Below, piece by piece: positions 62,380-64,000 of a DNA stretch of 64,000 nt. This DNA is from Bacilli bacterium (lineage in GTDB: Bacteria > Bacillota_I > Bacilli_A > RF39 > UBA660), in NCBI GenBank assembly GCA_045541255.1, contig JAZQIU010000022.1, positions 4,264 through 68,263 on the forward strand. The letters are read 5' to 3'. Below the pieces are notes generated by a model that made no database searches, was not told the origin of the DNA, and worked only from the letters and a program-made list of their open reading frames with translations. Made by a program: the position numbers and the translations under genes. The number at the start of each line of letters is the position of its first letter. Within the stretch, counting starts at the first letter, position 1.

Positions 62380-62739
62380 ATGAATAATAAAATAATAAAG
62401 AAAAATTTAAGTAGTAGCTGTAGTTTAAAAGAAGTAAAAGATAAAATGTTAAAAATGTTAATTTTCAATGAACAATGTATATCGTTCAACAAAAATATGA
62501 ATATTCCTATATGGAATTATATGTTAAGCGAAGATAAAACTAATTTATTTGTATTCGATGAAGAAGACAAAACAATATATGATGATTTAGTTATACAAGC
62601 ACCAGATTTCATATTTGAATATGGAGATTATTTTGCAGTAGTAGATTTTAAAGGAATAGATATAGAAGAAAATATTGTTAATAGAAATAACTTTTATATT
62701 TTAGAGAATATCAATTCTTATTTAAAGGAGAAGATTTAA
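62380..62739 (+). CDS. hypothetical protein with possible PD-(D/E)xK nuclease-like motif
   Basis: RBS GGAAGGAA 8 nt upstream. ...VIQAPDFIFEYGDYFAVVDFKG... gives P-D...(14 aa)...D-F-K. Recognised by eye only. Confidence 0.5.
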   Translation: MNNKIIKKNLSSSCSLKEVKDKMLKMLIFNEQCISFNKNMNIPIWNYMLSEDKTNLFVFDEEDKTIYDDLVIQAPDFIFEYGDYFAVVDFKGIDIEENIVNRNNFYILENINSYLKEKI

Positions 62740-62740
62740 T

Positions 62741-63169
62741 ATGTGGGCAACAGTAGAATTAACAGATGATATATTGCAATTTATTAACGATACTAAAGAT
62801 TATAATGAAACATACGATGAAATAAAAAAATTAGTATTTACTCAAAAAAGATTGGATAAGGAATGTAGTATGACTGAAATGTTCAACCTTACTTTACAAT
62901 TTAAAGAAATAAAGAATTCAGCAATAAAGAAAGTATTAAATAAACAAAAATTAAATTTTCCTGAAGGATTCTTAATTGAGCGTTTACTTTCAAAGTATTC
63001 AAATGAAAAATTATTAACTGTCGAAGAACATTTTAAACAAATAAATTTAAATTGTAGCACCGACAGAAAAACTAGAAGAGAAAATGAAAGAAAAACAACT
63101 AAATTATATAACCAACTAATTAACAAATTGTTTAAAAAAGGAGATGAAAAATTTGAAAGGAGCAAATAA
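62741..63169 (+). CDS. hypothetical protein
   Basis: 142-aa ORF with its ATG 7 nt after AAAGGAGAAG. It starts 1 nt after the upstream stop. Confidence 0.5.
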   Translation: MWATVELTDDILQFINDTKDYNETYDEIKKLVFTQKRLDKECSMTEMFNLTLQFKEIKNSAIKKVLNKQKLNFPEGFLIERLLSKYSNEKLLTVEEHFKQINLNCSTDRKTRRENERKTTKLYNQLINKLFKKGDEKFERSK

Positions 63170-63873
63170 TGAAAAGTAAAAAAATTGGCAAACTTATTGA
63201 ACAATTAAGAAACAAAAATAACCTATCACAAGAAGATTTAGCTAATAAAATAAATATTAGTTTAGAACACCTAAAAAAGATTGAAAAAGGACAAGGAGAA
63301 ATAACAACGCAAATAATATGGGATTTAAGAAATATTTTTAATGTTTCAGTAGATGAATTATTAAATGCTTATGTTGAAAAAAAAGAAATTAATATATATG
63401 ACAAAGCAAAACTCTTATCAAATAATACTAAAAGAAAAAAAAGAAGGAAAATTATAACTTCTCTACTAATCGCATTTCTTATATTCAATATTTGTTTAAT
63501 AGGAATTAAACTACATCAAAATAGAGATTGGGGATACCTATTAAAAGGTGAAACAGAAAACTTTACATACGATAATGCAATGTTCTTACACGATAACGGA
63601 GTATATTACTTAACATTTGGAGAATTTAATTTTAAAAACAAAAATATTTCAAAAGAAGATATTAAAGACATTCGATTAAAATGTAATGATAGATTAATAA
63701 TTGCTTCTGATACATTTTTAACAGGAACTACAAGAGAACAAAAAGGCTATGATGAATTATTTCCTAAAATTGTTGCGAAAAATGTTGATGATTGGTATTA
63801 CGAAATCACATACTATATTAACGACGAAATAATAGTAGAAAGAATGGATTTAATTAATGAACCAATCAAATAA
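63169..63873 (+). CDS. XRE-family HTH regulator fused to a single TM and an extracytoplasmic domain
   Basis: IGKLIEQLRNKNNLSQEDLANKINISLEHLKKIEKGQGE is the HTH. This is followed by KRKKRRK, a TM (IITSLLIAFLIFNICLIGI) and ~130 aa outside. TAATG coupling to the upstream gene. Confidence 0.75.
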   Translation: MKSKKIGKLIEQLRNKNNLSQEDLANKINISLEHLKKIEKGQGEITTQIIWDLRNIFNVSVDELLNAYVEKKEINIYDKAKLLSNNTKRKKRRKIITSLLIAFLIFNICLIGIKLHQNRDWGYLLKGETENFTYDNAMFLHDNGVYYLTFGEFNFKNKNISKEDIKDIRLKCNDRLIIASDTFLTGTTREQKGYDELFPKIVAKNVDDWYYEITYYINDEIIVERMDLINEPIK

Positions 63874-64000
63874 TACAAATCTAATAAAACAAAAGCAGCA
63901 ATTAAAAAAAATAGCATTAAACAATTATTCGAATGGTGCTGAAATGTATCGATTAATTAATGAAGGATATTTAGATCATATAATCGCTAACATTACTGAA
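63857..64000 (+). CDS. hypothetical protein, 5' fragment (runs off the window)
   Basis: Own translation: MNQSNNTNLIKQKQQLKKIALNNYSNGAEMYRLINEGYLDHIIANITE. It overlaps the upstream gene's end by 17 nt. No function recognisable. Confidence 0.35.
   Translation, partial: MNQSNNTNLIKQKQQLKKIALNNYSNGAEMYRLINEGYLDHIIANITE

Noticed and set aside
62093-63204. ORFs 62093-62374 (+) and 62842-63204 (-).
   Set aside because: The first starts inside the XRE gene on the opposite strand and runs through the operator/promoter region with no SD. The second is antisense to the coupled plus-strand genes 62741-63169 and 63169-63873.
1-64000. Possibility of genetic code 4 (TGA = Trp) given the extreme AT richness and two genes lacking ATG starts.
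   Set aside because: Trp is encoded by TGG throughout, including in conserved motifs. TGA ends ORFs at positions consistent with homologues and with TGATG-type coupling. Reading through the TGA upstream of 37875 does not reach any start codon.
1-64000. CRISPR arrays, rRNA, tRNA, IS elements or transposase genes.
   Set aside because: No regularly spaced direct repeats with unique spacers, no G+C-rich structured RNA-like segments and no transposase- or integrase-like ORFs were seen on either strand.

Overview
Very AT-rich DNA from a low-GC Gram-positive (Bacillota-like) organism; taxon cannot be fixed from sequence alone. Standard code 11 fits: TGG-Trp is used throughout and TGA terminates ORFs at homologue-consistent ends. 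The window has three parts.

(1) nt 1 to ~36.2 kb is one uninterrupted minus-strand array of 37 genes forming a conjugative element, probably an ICE since chromosomal-looking genes flank it.
- Transcription order: two giant surface proteins, five small unknown genes, a CHC2/Toprim primase, PcfB-like protein, VirD4-type coupling protein, Maff2-like protein, VirB6-like protein, PrgI-like protein, VirB4 ATPase and a CHAP cell-wall hydrolase.
- Next comes a PcfJ-like protein flanked by two Ig-like proteins, then a 16-gene block of tightly coupled small genes (nt 2720-12074).
- That block contains ArdC-like, SSB, DUF4314-like, an XRE regulator, a HAD nucleotidase fusion, a serine-recombinase catalytic-domain-only protein and 10 genes I cannot place in any family.
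- It is followed by a hairpin-rich non-coding gap (candidate oriT, 2576-2719) and the mobilisation operon (unknown gene, MobC-like, MobA/VirD2-type relaxase running off the window).
- No integrase or att site is visible.

(2) ~36.5-61.2 kb is chromosomal-looking.
- Genes include an XRE-membrane regulator, two monothiol thioredoxin-fold paralogues, a cold-shock protein and an 8-gene acyl-carrier/glycosyltransferase cluster (three GT8, acyl-AMP ligase, ACP, PPTase, two PlsC-type acyltransferases).
- Also present: HtrA, a YugP-type Zn-peptidase, an RDD protein, an OmpR/HK two-component system, DAG-kinase-family kinase, a CNNM/CBS protein, a P-type cation ATPase and a heterodimeric ABC exporter.
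- Its intergenic regions carry a recurrent AT-only motif (TTATTAA[A/G]AATTATTAAA) placed just 3' of intrinsic terminators.

(3) 61.3-64 kb is a regulator-dense module: three XRE/HTH genes, divergent promoters and repeated operator-like sites. It may be the edge of another mobile element.

No rRNA, tRNA or CRISPR array was seen.

The best candidate for something undescribed is the 2.7-12.1 kb block. It is read here as a leading-region (early-entry) anti-defence or establishment island. Its proteins share unusual acidic C-terminal tails and exact junction repeats. The acyl-carrier/GT8 cluster is the second candidate.
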